Positions 51,072 through 62,712 of a stretch of DNA of 62,712 nucleotides are shown here, piece after piece; the stretch's first letter is position 1; each line of letters opens with the position of its first letter. Under the pieces are notes generated by a model. That model saw only the letters and a list, made by a program, of their open reading frames with translations. It made no database searches and was not told the DNA's origin. Position numbers and translations under genes: made by a program. The DNA is from Parasitella parasitica NRRL 2501. Taxonomy: Eukaryota; Fungi; Mucoromycota. The DNA is taken from contig MU619247.1 in NCBI GenBank assembly GCA_025201805.1, forward strand, positions 223,422 to 286,133, read 5' to 3'.

Positions 51072-52745
51072 TTAATATAAATAACCTCTGTTCATTCAAG
51101 AGAAAAAGATTGGCAAAGAGGGGGGGGGGGGGAAGAAGGTTAGCCCTCGAATTCATAAAACCTAAATTAAATTTAAAAATTACCTTGAATCCTCATCTTC
51201 AATAGGGGTAACGGGATCAGCAAAAGGGTCCAAATTCTCTTCCGGTTCCTCACGTCTTGTTAATTGCATACTCGAGAAAGAATCTTCTATCTGTAAAGTT
51301 TGAAGTGAAGGAGGTGGCGGAGGTGCACGGATTTGCTTTGGTTGCTGATAAGCAAGGAAGAGATTCTGCTGATTCTGTTGAGCCGATAACCACGCAGCAG
51401 GAATTTCCCCCGTTAGCATAATATCGTACATCTCTAAAGCCTTTAACAGATCTTCATTGGTAGCTAGTAGAGTGCCGATCCACTCTTCATCCTCTACCAA
51501 TCGAGCGTATCTAACAATTCTCTTTTTCGATTCCTCGCATTTATCGTGAAATTCCTGCAGACGCCTATCATGCTGCAAATCAATCTCCCACCTATCTTCT
51601 GTTGTGTTGATCAACTTCAATGCATTGACTAGATTATTGGCATTGTTGTTTCCTAATGCGATTTCTTCCAGGATTTTGGGCTTGGCTTTTTCGAAATTAA
51701 ATACTCGAGTTGCAGAATTACTTGCACTTGATGCGGCTCCAGAGAGAGGGTTGGTAGTTGCAGAACTTTGGCTGCGAGGTTTAGCTTTGTTTTTTGGTGG
51801 TTGCTCCACATGCTGGCCGGGCCTAGAAGGCATAGCTGAAGATGGCAGTGATCGACGCCTTTCCTCTCTGCTGGGTGAAGGCGAGCGACGTCTGGGTGAA
51901 ACTGGTGTCTCGGTAGGTCTAGGAGTGGGTGATTTTACTTGTGAAGGTCTATTCGATGTGTCTGTATTCGCTCTAGGTCGGGTCTATCGAAGCTTTTATG
52001 TGAGAACTTGACCGTAAATGAATAGACTATGGACTTACACGACGTCCACCGCCTCTTGCCATCTCGAGCAAATCTTGGATGGCCTTCATTCCTGGCTCAC
52101 TCTTGTACTTTACTGCCCACGCACTTAAAAGTGAAACAAGCTCCCTTTTAACAGCAGCGTTTTCACCCTATAATTGCACAATCAAATGAAAAAAAAAACA
52201 AAAACAAGAATGAGTCTGTCTCTCTTCTAATCATATAGGTTTCATTCATACCGAAGAAGTCAGAATTAGCTCAAATCTTTCCTTCATTTTTTCATTTGCC
52301 AAGAATTGTCCTATTCCATTTGCTTAGCGTTCAATTCCCTCTATTATTATAGACTGCACTGCATCACTTACTATGGAATTGTTGGTTTGTGTTTTCCATG
52401 AGCAATTTAAGGATCTATTATACCATCGTTTTTCTAAGCTTTGCATAGTCCCAATTTGCTCTGTTTTCGTTACCTCGAGAACCCTCAGCTTTTGCTGAGT
52501 GCCGCCGTGTTTAAGCTTCTTTCTGACAGTTTCAACTGCTTCTCTCGGCCCATTTTCTTGCATTTGAATAGACTCGATCAACTGCTGCAGCAGATACCAG
52601 TCAATCTCCTCGAGGTTGGAAAGCCTCTCTGTATTTTCAATCGAAAATTTTAGACGATTTGGATCGAAAAGAAATTAGAGCCCTTGAATTTACCTATATA
52701 CAGCGAGACAGATGTTTTTTGTATCTCTTCAGTAAATATTCCCAT
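51072..52745 (-). CDS. VHS/GAT endocytic adaptor (Lsb5-like)
   Basis: VHS-like QENGPREAVETVRKKLKHG…LLMEN, GAT-like LVNALK…EDEEWIGTLLATNEDL and DPFADP. The 3' end is either the stop at 51180 or a short last exon ending at 51072. Confidence 0.8.
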
Positions 52746-52852
52746 GTGTGTATTTGCAAGTGAAAGAAATGAAAAAGAAAAGCAAAAGGAAACATGATGT
52801 CAATAACAGGTGTAAATTGTGTGTGTGTGTGTGATACATTGGAAGTCAGTTT

Positions 52853-55151
52853 TTATTCAGAATCAGATAAGAGTGCACTGAATCCACCTTTGGAAATCAA
52901 CAGATTTTCTCTTTTGTATGTGTTTCCAGGGTCATATTCATCTTGAGACTCATCTTGGCTAGATTCGGACTCCTGCTGTGCTCGAAGATCAGCCTCAATG
53001 ACCCTTAATTTCTCGTATTTGCTAGTTGAGAAGAATCCAGGTGGTTTGAATGAGAGCAAAATTCTCCCGTCAGCAGTCAGTCTCAAGATTGTATTTGCTG
53101 CTCTATAGACGTCTGGTCGTGCTGCTTTGGCTGTATGGAATCCTCTTTGTTCGGCAAATTCTATTCAAAGTTTTCCAGCACAATCTATAAATATTCTAAT
53201 GGGATTGATTTGCGTACCTTCACAAATAGACCATGCTGTCCATTGGTATTCGTTTGCATTTTCCCAATCTCCTGGAGGTGTCACAGCTAGTATTTTCTCT
53301 AACGGAATATGCTCTGCCTAGATAAACAGAGAGATTCAACACGCCATCGCTTAAGAGGACCTGATCTACTAGACTTACCAGATATCGAACAGCACTGTAA
53401 GGCTCTTGAACCTGAGCGATTGGATACATGCCAGATAAAATTTGCAGTGCCCTTGGGATCAATGCCGGAAATACAAGACCAGGTGAATCACAGAGCCGAA
53501 CATTTTCCGAAATATGAATTGTTTGGAAATGCTTTGTATGGCCAGGCGTACGACTTGCGCTCACAACCGTTCGTCTCATAATACTGTTGATTAAGCTACT
53601 TTTGCCGACATTGGGATGTCCTACTAATCCAAGAGTAATATAGTCTTTATGGGGATGTATTTCACGGCCTGTCACTTCCAAGATATGGCTAAACTCATCG
53701 TCTACATATATATAGAAACAGAGCCCCGAAATGAATGAATACTCGTCATATAATATAATTTTTGACAAGAACTACTTGATTTTCTATATAGCTTACCTAA
53801 ACCATCCATACTGCCTGTGTCACTATCGTCATTTTCGCTATCACTGTCGTCATTCGTGTTCAGATCTGGATTGTCTTCATTATATTTAGCAATGATTGAT
53901 TTCCAGTCTACATGTACGCCTGGTTTGTTGATTGTTTCGCGGCAGACGGATAATATATTTTGTACGCCCTGTGCATAATAGTATCGTTTTCTTGGTTTTT
54001 TCACCTGGTTTTTGAGAGCATCTAAAGACGTGCGTTAGTGGCATATATTGTAATCTATCCTTGATGACTACGATGGAAACCTACAGGTAGCCGTATCATC
54101 AATCAAATTAGGATCTCTTGGGAAACAGCTGAACGTTGCAATGCGCAAATTTGGGAATTCCTCTTCGAAATACTTTGTCCAAGCAAATACCGTGAATTCA
54201 GACACAAGATCGACTTTGTTGAAGATGCCGATCATCTTTTTTTTGAGTTTGTGGGTGATGTATTTGTACAGCGAGCGAGGAAAGTGTAATAGAGGGTTTC
54301 TAATGTCCATTACGATCAAAATGACATCACTTATCTCAAGCACTCTCCATCTATTATGCAAAACATTGGTTATACGGCTAGAACCATCTTGGTAGACATT
54401 ATGTAAAATAAAAATAAAAATAAAAATAAAACTCACAACTGACGCCAAACTTCAAGATTGCGCTCGAACCAACTCAAATGATCTCCACCATACGTTTCTT
54501 CCACAGCCTTTACCCAGTTTTCAAAGCACTCAGTTTCTTGCTTTTCAACCTCTTCTTTCGTCATGTCATAGTCCCAAACAGGCCGTTTAGGAAAATCTAT
54601 GAATTCGTCGAATTCGTCTTCTCTAACCTCCATGCATTCCTAGTCAGGACTTGATGTAAATGCTTACACTTGGGCACATGTACGTAAACACCATCATATT
54701 TACCTTTGGTAATCGCTTTAGTGGTTGCATACTCTTTAACTTTTCACTCTCAATTTCTTGATGTGACAATCTTTCAAATATGGATACCAACCTGTCAAGT
54801 TTTGCTGCATAAGTAATGAAGAAGGTTCGCAACTCGCACTAACTGTATATAACGTTTACTTTTTGTCTTGACTCACATTTTTCTGTGAGAAATCGCTTGT
54901 CGTCATTCTCTGGCTACTGGATGGAACAAAGCTATTTTTCAAAGAAAGTGTCGGGCTCCTGGGACCTCTATTCAAGTAGTCGAAAGATGTTGAGTCAACC
55001 AAGGTAGCTAAGGGAAAAAGAAAAAACCGCTTGGTATAAAGAGGAAGTAATAGTTTTACTCGATAAGCCTACCTTTCTCCATCTTTTTCGCATTCTTATC
55101 CTGCAATTGCTGCTTTTTTTGCTTTCCACTGAAGGGCTTTTTTCGTGGCAT
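52853..55151 (-). CDS. GNL1: GNL1-like circularly permuted GTPase
   Basis: N-terminus MPRKKPFSGKQKKQQLQDK, as in animal GNL1. Also DFPKRPVW, FERNLEVWRQLWRVLEISD, NKVDL (G4), GHPNVGKSS (G1), PGHTKHFQT (G2) and DSPG (G3). Confidence 0.9.
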
Positions 55152-55967
55152 GCGTTATTGATATTTGAGGCAAACGAGACAAAAAAAGAAAGAAAAAAAA
55201 AACAACTAAAATTCTGATATTTATATCGCTACATTAGGAAAAAAAGAAAAAAGAAAAAAAAAAAAAAGAAATAGAGAAAAGGCAAACTTGGCAGATCAAA
55301 GAAGGCGTTGCTTTTTATGATACTTTGTATATTATCCGTGTTATCCTTTTTGTTGAATAAATAGCTCTCCAGTCTATACTACAGCCTTCAATTAGAGGTT
55401 TCTTGTTTACCCAGGATTAGACACCGTCAGCACGGTTAGAGGCAGACACGATAAAAGTCATAACAACGTTTATTAGAGAACTCATTACGTTAGCCTTGGT
55501 AGTGCATTGAGATTTGCATGTGCTATCAACATTGATGCGTATTAGAGTGGTGCATTCAGACAGGTTGACACCAAAAAATGTTAGTTTCTTCACAAAATCG
55601 ACTCTACATTTGACTAGAGATTAATTGCTTGACATAATTCCACTTTGCAAATAACTTTAGAAACAGCCTGAAATGTGCCAGTTTTGGCTGCTTTTTGTCA
55701 TTTGGATAGCAAGCAAGCAGTCTACAAAAAGGTCCACACACATAAGCAGAAACTAGGCAACCAGATTTCAAGTGCGTTCTGCAGATATAGCATCACGCAT
55801 TTTCATTAAAATAGTCTAAACACTCTTTAATTTGCTACTATCGACATACTATCACAGATCATACCATATCAAAAATTGACGATTCAATATGCAACAAAAC
55901 ACGCTGCGGTCACTCAATGAAGAACACCCTTTTTTTTTTTTTTTTTCTTTACTTTCCATTCTCCAAA

Positions 55968-56829
55968 ATGGCACAATCTAACCCTGCAAACGTGATCAAA
56001 TTTCTACATGTAATCGAAAATCTAAAGGTATACGGTACAGAATTGTAGTTATCCGCTAAGCGCTAGCTCATGTAAACTGCAGCGAACAAAGCGCACTGGC
56101 TGGCTGGATAATGGCATCAAGGGCGCAGAGTCTATTGCAGACCATATGCACCGCATGGGTATCATGGCGATGCTTGTCAATGATCCTTCCATCAACAGAG
56201 AAAGGTTGGCTCACCCCTGATTCAAGCGAATGTCTACTCACTCACTTGGTACAGATGCATCAAAATGGCAATTGTTCATGACCTTGCCGAAGCTGTTGTG
56301 GTATGCAGAACGCTCTATGGCACACATTTGTTTTGCGTGCTCAAACCAATCTATGCGTAGGGCGATATCACTCCACATGCAGGTGTCAGTAAAGAAGATA
56401 AATTTACTTTAGAAAAGGTATCATCTGCTAACTCGGGCGTCCATGTGAGTTGAATATTGACAGGAATGTTAGAATGCCATGGATGGATTCAAAGACTCCC
56501 TGGGCAACACAGACACTGCAAATGAAATCGTTGATCTATGGCACGAATACGAGGATGCACAGACGCCAGAAGCACTATTTGTAAAGGATTTGGATAAATT
56601 CGAAATGATTGTACAGGCATTGGAGTATGAGAAATGTAAGAGTCCACTTGCAAAATTTTGACATCAAAAAGACATTTTAACTATCTATGATGCACATTCT
56701 TTAGCCGACAAGAAAACGCTGCAAGGTTTCTTTGATTCAACAAAAGGAAAGTTTCAGCATCCAACCGTGAAAGCATGGGCTGAGGCATTGTACGCAGAAA
56801 GACTAGAAGTATTAGAGAATTCGGATTAA
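55968..56829 (+). CDS. HD-domain 5'-deoxynucleotidase (HDDC2-like)
   Basis: LK|RTKRTGW, ESIADHMHRM, CIKMAIVHDLAEAVVGDITP, LWHEYE, FVKDLDKFEMIVQALEYE and FFDST. Confidence 0.93.
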
Positions 56830-57165
56830 CACTTATGCCTTCTTTGCAACAACATGGACCAGGCGATTTTGTAATGATGATTGAATAAAATTGCCACAAC
56901 TTCTCTTTGTTCCAATGTACTTGGTATTCACATAGTGACAAAATATAAAGACCAAATGCCATGACGGGTAGTGAATGTCAATTGTGCTGAAATCTTATCA
57001 ACTGACAAGGGGGGGGGGGAGAGGCACCGCACAACTTTGCAGCAAATTGTTGGTATTTACTTTTATTATTATTTATTTATTATTAAAGCTATTTGTGTGT
57101 ATATTGTTTTGCGTATATGTAAAAAGAAAAAGATGTAAGAGGAAATTTCATGCAAAGCGCCACGG

Positions 57166-60100
57166 CTAGTCGCTCTCAGTACTGTCATCGATATCCTTTC
57201 TTAACATCAAACTAAAATTGGTATTTCGGATTACATTTCCATGTTGCAACAAACTTAGAAGTTTTTGGCCAATAAATTGATAGCTTGCAAAATTCTCATC
57301 GTGGACAGTAGTTGCAAGATTCTGAATGTCAACGCTAAAAAGCCCTGAAAGATTCTCAAAGCGGCATATTTCGACAAGAAACTGTATTTCGTCGCCTCTG
57401 TCAATGCTGGGATGTCCGTATATGGGTTGAGTCATCATGGTTGTTGCGCCGTTTCTTGTCGATAGGCGGTTCAGGACGTCGCTGACCTCGTCGTGCTGAT
57501 TGCTATCAGTAGAGTGGATTGATCGACGTGTGCAACGTAATTTATAACCTCCTATATTTTCTACCTCGATGCCCAAAATCAATAAAATCTTGTTGATTTC
57601 GAGCAACACGTCCATAGGGGGTTTCGAAGTTAGTGCAGAATGGTTCATGTTGCCTGTATGCACTCTTAATTCGGGCGAAATTGACATGCGATCAACCTCG
57701 CTCTGTGGGCTATTTCGATTGCCATTGCTTTGAGAGCGCACTGTGGGTTCTGTTGATGTTGATCGCGTGGGCCGTGCAACGGGTATGGTGGCATCCTCTT
57801 CTGGTATCCCTGCCTCTCTGGATGGGGAATAAGCGCTATGCTGTGTACTGCTGCTACGAGAAGTGCCACCAGCCATGATTGCCTTTGGCTCTACATGTAA
57901 TAAGAAATATTCATTACTCTGGTCAAAGAAAAAGAGAAGAAAAGGGGTTGACTTACTTTTGTGTTGCAGGGATTTGGTCTTTTTCAACCAAGACAACAGC
58001 CTATCGCTCTTGGAATGCTCGACTACAAGGGAAGCGTGTGTTGGAGATGCTGCTGGAGGGGAGGGAAGATGCTTGGCAGACTGGCTCTGCATCAGATGTT
58101 GCCAGGAATGTCTATTCTTGCTCTCAGGCTTCTCAGCAGTTGCCGTATTTGAGCCATTGGTCGTACGACGCTTTACAGTGGAAAATAACTTGGCTCTCAG
58201 GGAGAGATGCTGTCGTGGAGGTAAAGTAGGCTGCTCTGTTTTCTGCTGCTGCATCAATGCGCTTGTAACTGCAGCGTCGATCGTGTGTCTCTTCCGTTGC
58301 TTTGCATCCAGGTGTGTTGGACCAGCTTGCTTTAGTGCATTTGGTGTTGCCTTTGTGTCTGCAACTGTGGCATCTTCATTGGTACTTGCAGGAGTAGCAA
58401 GCAACGTCTTGGAGTTGTCGTTCAGAGCATGTGGCATATTTGTTGATGCTTGCTCTGTTTGTTCTTGTTCTTTTTCAGGCGATATTTTTTCGCTGCAAAT
58501 TGCATTATCAGCGTTGTTCACCTCCTCTGCGTCTGGTAACGGTGTTGATGGAGACGATGTAACGCCATTTGCATGGCTTATTGTAGATTTGAGCTCTGCT
58601 GTTTCCAAAATGTCGCCAATCCGTGCTTCCTTTGTGTTACTGTACGAATTGGTGTAAGAGTATGATGAAGATACAGAAGAGGAAGTTGAGCACGAATCGT
58701 GATCGCTATTTGCACAGCAATCTTCATTTGAATCGTACTGCTCACCAGCAGCCAGGATGTTGAGGTTGGTTGAGGACTGAATGCCTGTGAGCAGCAATTG
58801 CTTCTTGATTTGGGCCTCCTTCTCCAACTCTGCCATAGATTTAGCCATCTGGTCCTTGTATTGTTGCAGCCAAGGGTGGGACATGATAGCTTCAATCTTG
58901 CATCGTTCGCTTGGATCAGGAATTAGCATTTTATCAATGATATCCTTTGCGTTTTCAGATAAATAGTGTGGATAGTTAGGCTTATGCGCCATGATATAAC
59001 GGTACAGCCTGCCAATATTCTCTCCATTGGGGTTCTTGGCGTCGTCATCGAATGGCAGGTAGCCACAGAGCATAGCATATAAGATGATTCCGCAAGACCA
59101 AATATCCACGCCTGTACCAGCGTACAGTTTTCCCGTCATGACAAGTTCAGGAGCTGCATACACAGGGGATCCACACGAGGTAGACATTAAATCACCACTC
59201 TTTGGAGTAAATTGATTAGCGAAACCAAAATCTGTCACTATAAGGTTTCCATGGCGATCTAACAGAATGTTTTCCTGTGGTAACAAAACATACCTCCTTT
59301 TTTTAATACCAAGCCGTAATACAATGGTATTATTTATATACATACAAGTTTTAAATCACGGTGCACAATGTTCTTTTGATGCATGTAGCAGACGCTACTG
59401 ATCAATTGAGAGAAAAGTCGACATGCTTCTTCTTCCTTGAGATATCTTTGCTTGAAAATGTACTCAAACAACTCGCCGCCTAGTAGTGTGATAAATAAGC
59501 AAAGGCTTGCATTTGCACTCGTGAGATCTTCTTACCCTGAGCGTATTCCAGCACCATGCCAATATTAGCATCTGTTTCATTGACGCTTAATAATTTGACA
59601 ATGTACGGATGGTTCAGAGTCTATTATTTACGTGCATGCAATGTGAGATTGTTTGTTGTTTGTTTATAATAATAGTGTTTTCATGAGAATATTCTACTGT
59701 AGATGGTACCTTTAAAATATCGATTTCCATGCGAATCTTTTCCAATTGAGACGAAGTGTCGATGTTTTGCTTTTTCACTAGTTTGACAGCAACCTGTATT
59801 TCTTTGTGTTAGTAGAGACACACTAGTAGAGATGCATTTGCAAATCACACTGTATATTTACAATTTGGCCTGTTTCAATATGTCTGCCCAACTTGACTTT
59901 GCCAAATTCACCAACACCAAGCGTTTTCAACAATAAGAATGGGCCTAATCGTGGAACTTTTTTTGAGTTGCATGATGAAACAGGGGAGGGTTTCAAATAG
60001 TCCAGGATTTCTTGATGATGCTCGTCTGAAGGCGATTGTGTCAACTCCTGGCTGTCTCCACTAACACTGCTTGAATTATCTCTAATGGACGATGAAGATC

Positions 60101-60176
60101 CCTCTAATAGAGTCAATACTTGATTGTCGTTCATCGTATTGCTGTTGTTCATTGGCTCAATTAGCGTTGCAGCCAT
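57166..60176 (-). CDS. Ser/Thr kinase, CAMKL group (Kin4/Frk1/Ppk1-like), with a KA1-like C-terminus
   Basis: [76 protein letters not shown]…[10 protein letters not shown]-terminal LRVHTG…ALTS…FLVEICR. Confidence 0.92.
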
Positions 60177-60254
60177 TTTTTTTTTTTTTTTTCTAAGATG
60201 AGAAAAGTTTATTATAAAGAAAGAGGTGCGCCATGCATGATACAATTTACTACT

Positions 60255-60595
60255 NNNNNNNNNNNNNNNNNNNNNNNNNNNNNNNNNNNNNNNNNNNNNN
60301 NNNNNNNNNNNNNNNNNNNNNNNNNNNNNNNNNNNNNNNNNNNNNNNNNNNNNNNNNNNNNNNNNNNNNNNNNNNNNNNNNNNNNNNNNNNNNNNNNNNN
60401 NNNNNNNNNNNNNNNNNNNNNNNNNNNNNNNNNNNNNNNNNNNNNNNNNNNNNNNNNNNNNNNNNNNNNNNNNNNNNNNNNNNNNNNNNNNNNNNNNNNN
60501 NNNNNNNNNNNNNNNNNNNNNNNNNNNNNNNNNNNNNNNNNNNNNNNNNNNNNNNNNNNNNNNNNNNNNNNNNNNNNNNNNNNNNNNNNNNNNNN
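60255..60595. other. Assembly gap (smaller N gaps at 17767-17776 and 37991-38046)
   Basis: Runs of N next to homopolymer tracts. Confidence 1.
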
Positions 60596-62712
60596 AAAAA
60601 AAAAAAAAAAAAAAAAAAAAAAGGGAAAGCCATCTACTCATTTGGAGCAGTATTGTGCAGTCGGCTGTTGTATAGACATCGTGTGCTGGCTCCTCTTTCA
60701 AGCGAATATACAAGCCTTACAAGGTTCGCATAAACGCGGGTACTTGTAAAATGTACGTCTGATGATAAGGTCAAGTGCTTAATGATACTCAAATAGGATT
60801 GCATGTAAAATTATTAATTTGCTACTCGGGCTGGTGATTTGAAGCACATCAACAGCAGTAAAATAAAATTATTGCTTTTTTTATGATGTATAGCATTCAA
60901 TGCAAGCTATAGAAGCTCCATTCCGTTTATACGAACTTGAGTGCTGCTGAATAGGTGCTATATACAAAGTGTTCACTCGATTTTACTCTCGATGCTCGAG
61001 TATTTATATGCTAGCATGTAAGGAACATTGTACCTATTCAATAAAAGCATTTGCCGCTTTTGTTATTTTGTCAGTGATAAGCCTATTAACTTTATCTAGC
61101 AGTTGTTTTGCGCAGAGATTATAAGGCCATAATCTGTCAAAAAATGTACAATTCTACAGATATAATAATAATATCAGATTCTGTCCTATTGTATTTAATT
61201 ATCATTTGCCATCAGAGTGGTGGAAAAAATTCAAATGATGGTCAGAGGTGTACATGAGACTTGGATATATTTTAGAGTGGCACAAAATAGGTTGGGAAGG
61301 TATTTTGCTTAAAATTTTGAAAAGATGTTAGAGATTTAAAATTGAAGGATTTACTATCTTGTTTCCAATCTCCAATTGAAGTACATTATCATGATCTCCT
61401 ATTTTAAATTTATGGCAGATCATGGTCTACTCATTTTTTACAGCGATAATCTGAGGTCTATAAAAGAACCAACTTTATTGCTTGTTAATTTAAATAGCTT
61501 AATAATATAATTGTAATAATTTCATACCAAATAATTGTTGGCAATGTTGATAAAATATAATATGAAGTTAAGAAAAGTAGTGTTGATTAGAATGGGAGGT
61601 TTTTAATGTACATATTATTGGAAGATTTGAGCTTCCTCAAAACAGCGACACAACAGGCTGTGGATTGAATCTCAGCACTGTGTTTCCATTTGACCCAAAC
61701 CAGCTTCGAACTTTTTTTGCAATAGTTCATTGCTAGATATCTCAAGAACGTAATAGGTGTATTGGATATGCGTAATAAGTGTTTTATAATAAGAAATTAA
61801 ATTCTGCATCTAACCATACAAATCACAAGGCTATATAAACACCTTTTCTTATAATCGATTTTCAAATATTCAAAAAACGCCTTATTTGATAGTTTTTGAG
61901 TGAAATCAAGCATATTTTAAGCACATTCAGCTCTATAAAGTTGATCAAACAAACCATCATGTCAATGCCTACACATCAATACCTTGTTCACAACTGTAGC
62001 TGCATTACACCTGCCAAAAATCAAAATCTTGTCTCGACCAAAATGAATCTACAATTTTCCGGTCCTATGTTTAGAGGGCCAAAATGAAGCCACTCAAAAG
62101 GTTAAAAATCGATTCCGTTATTCGAGGTTTTCTCACTCAAAAATTGGTATTTTTCGACCAAAAAAACATCTTTAGGTGGCTATGGCGTAGCTCTATTTTA
62201 TTATTGCTATATCATGTATCTTTATATACCATTTATTGTTCCAAAAGTTATAAAAATAAATTAAGCCTCTGCTAAAAACATATGAAAAAATATTTTTCTC
62301 GATATATCTATCTAAAAAATAGTACAACTAGTAGAGAATCAGGTTTCAAAAATATTTTAATAATTACTCAAGCCAAAGTGTCATAGTAGTTTTTTGAGAA
62401 ACAGGGGAACAAAGTTTAACGTAAAAAGACAAAATTGGCCCAAGCTTGTCGAATTCGAGCTTGAATACTACATGTTTATTTCCAGTAGGTGTACCAAAAC
62501 TTGATTTATTACTTTACTTAGGAACATAAACATAATTTAATTGCAAAATCAAAATGTTGCCGAAGCGAAGGCTGGAAATGTGGTAAATGCTCTCAGAGCC
62601 ACGCTTTATTTTTCATATATATAGTAATAATAAATTTGAATCCCTTTCTTCCCTATATCTTTCAATGCTGCTATGTGATAATATATAATTCAATTTTTTT
62701 TTTTTTTTTTTT

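Noticed and set aside
57863-58657. 264-aa + strand ORF and similar ORFs opposite genes
   Set aside because: These are antisense shadows of the kinase and other genes, with no domain content.
59823-60749. ORFs containing X runs (also 37797-38256)
   Set aside because: They are artefacts of reading through N gaps.

Overview
Gene-dense, AT-rich eukaryotic DNA with many short (~50-70 nt) GT-AG introns. Gene content and style point to an early-diverging fungus, most likely Mucorales (inference; the species cannot be determined). I can support about 27 spliced protein-coding genes: CBR1, a MYST HAT, a MATE transporter, an SRSF4/5/6-like SR protein, Msb2, URK1, a PPIG-like cyclophilin, VMA21, TFG2, DAD1/OST2, a LaeA-like methyltransferase, a SUT1-like permease, an Stb6-like protein, BTG/Tob, Rpp40, PDI, a C2+PH protein, GH16, QCR10, a RhoGAP, Lsb5-like, GNL1, HDDC2, a Kin4-like kinase and three hypotheticals. 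The window also holds one tRNA-Ile(AAT), a decayed Helitron that still has both ends, a Tc1-type DD34E transposase remnant, microsatellites and three N gaps. The most interesting signals are post-transcriptional: (1) a 370-nt Rpp40 intron with a stop-containing cryptic exon whose splice acceptor lies in crossing RNA helices; (2) a 45-nt double-stop poison exon in the SR gene at the WQ|DLKD position; (3) a ~113-nt hairpin just after the PDI stop codon. Clusters of RFX X-boxes and an animal-type BTG/Tob gene are also notable. Gene models were spliced by eye and no searches were run.
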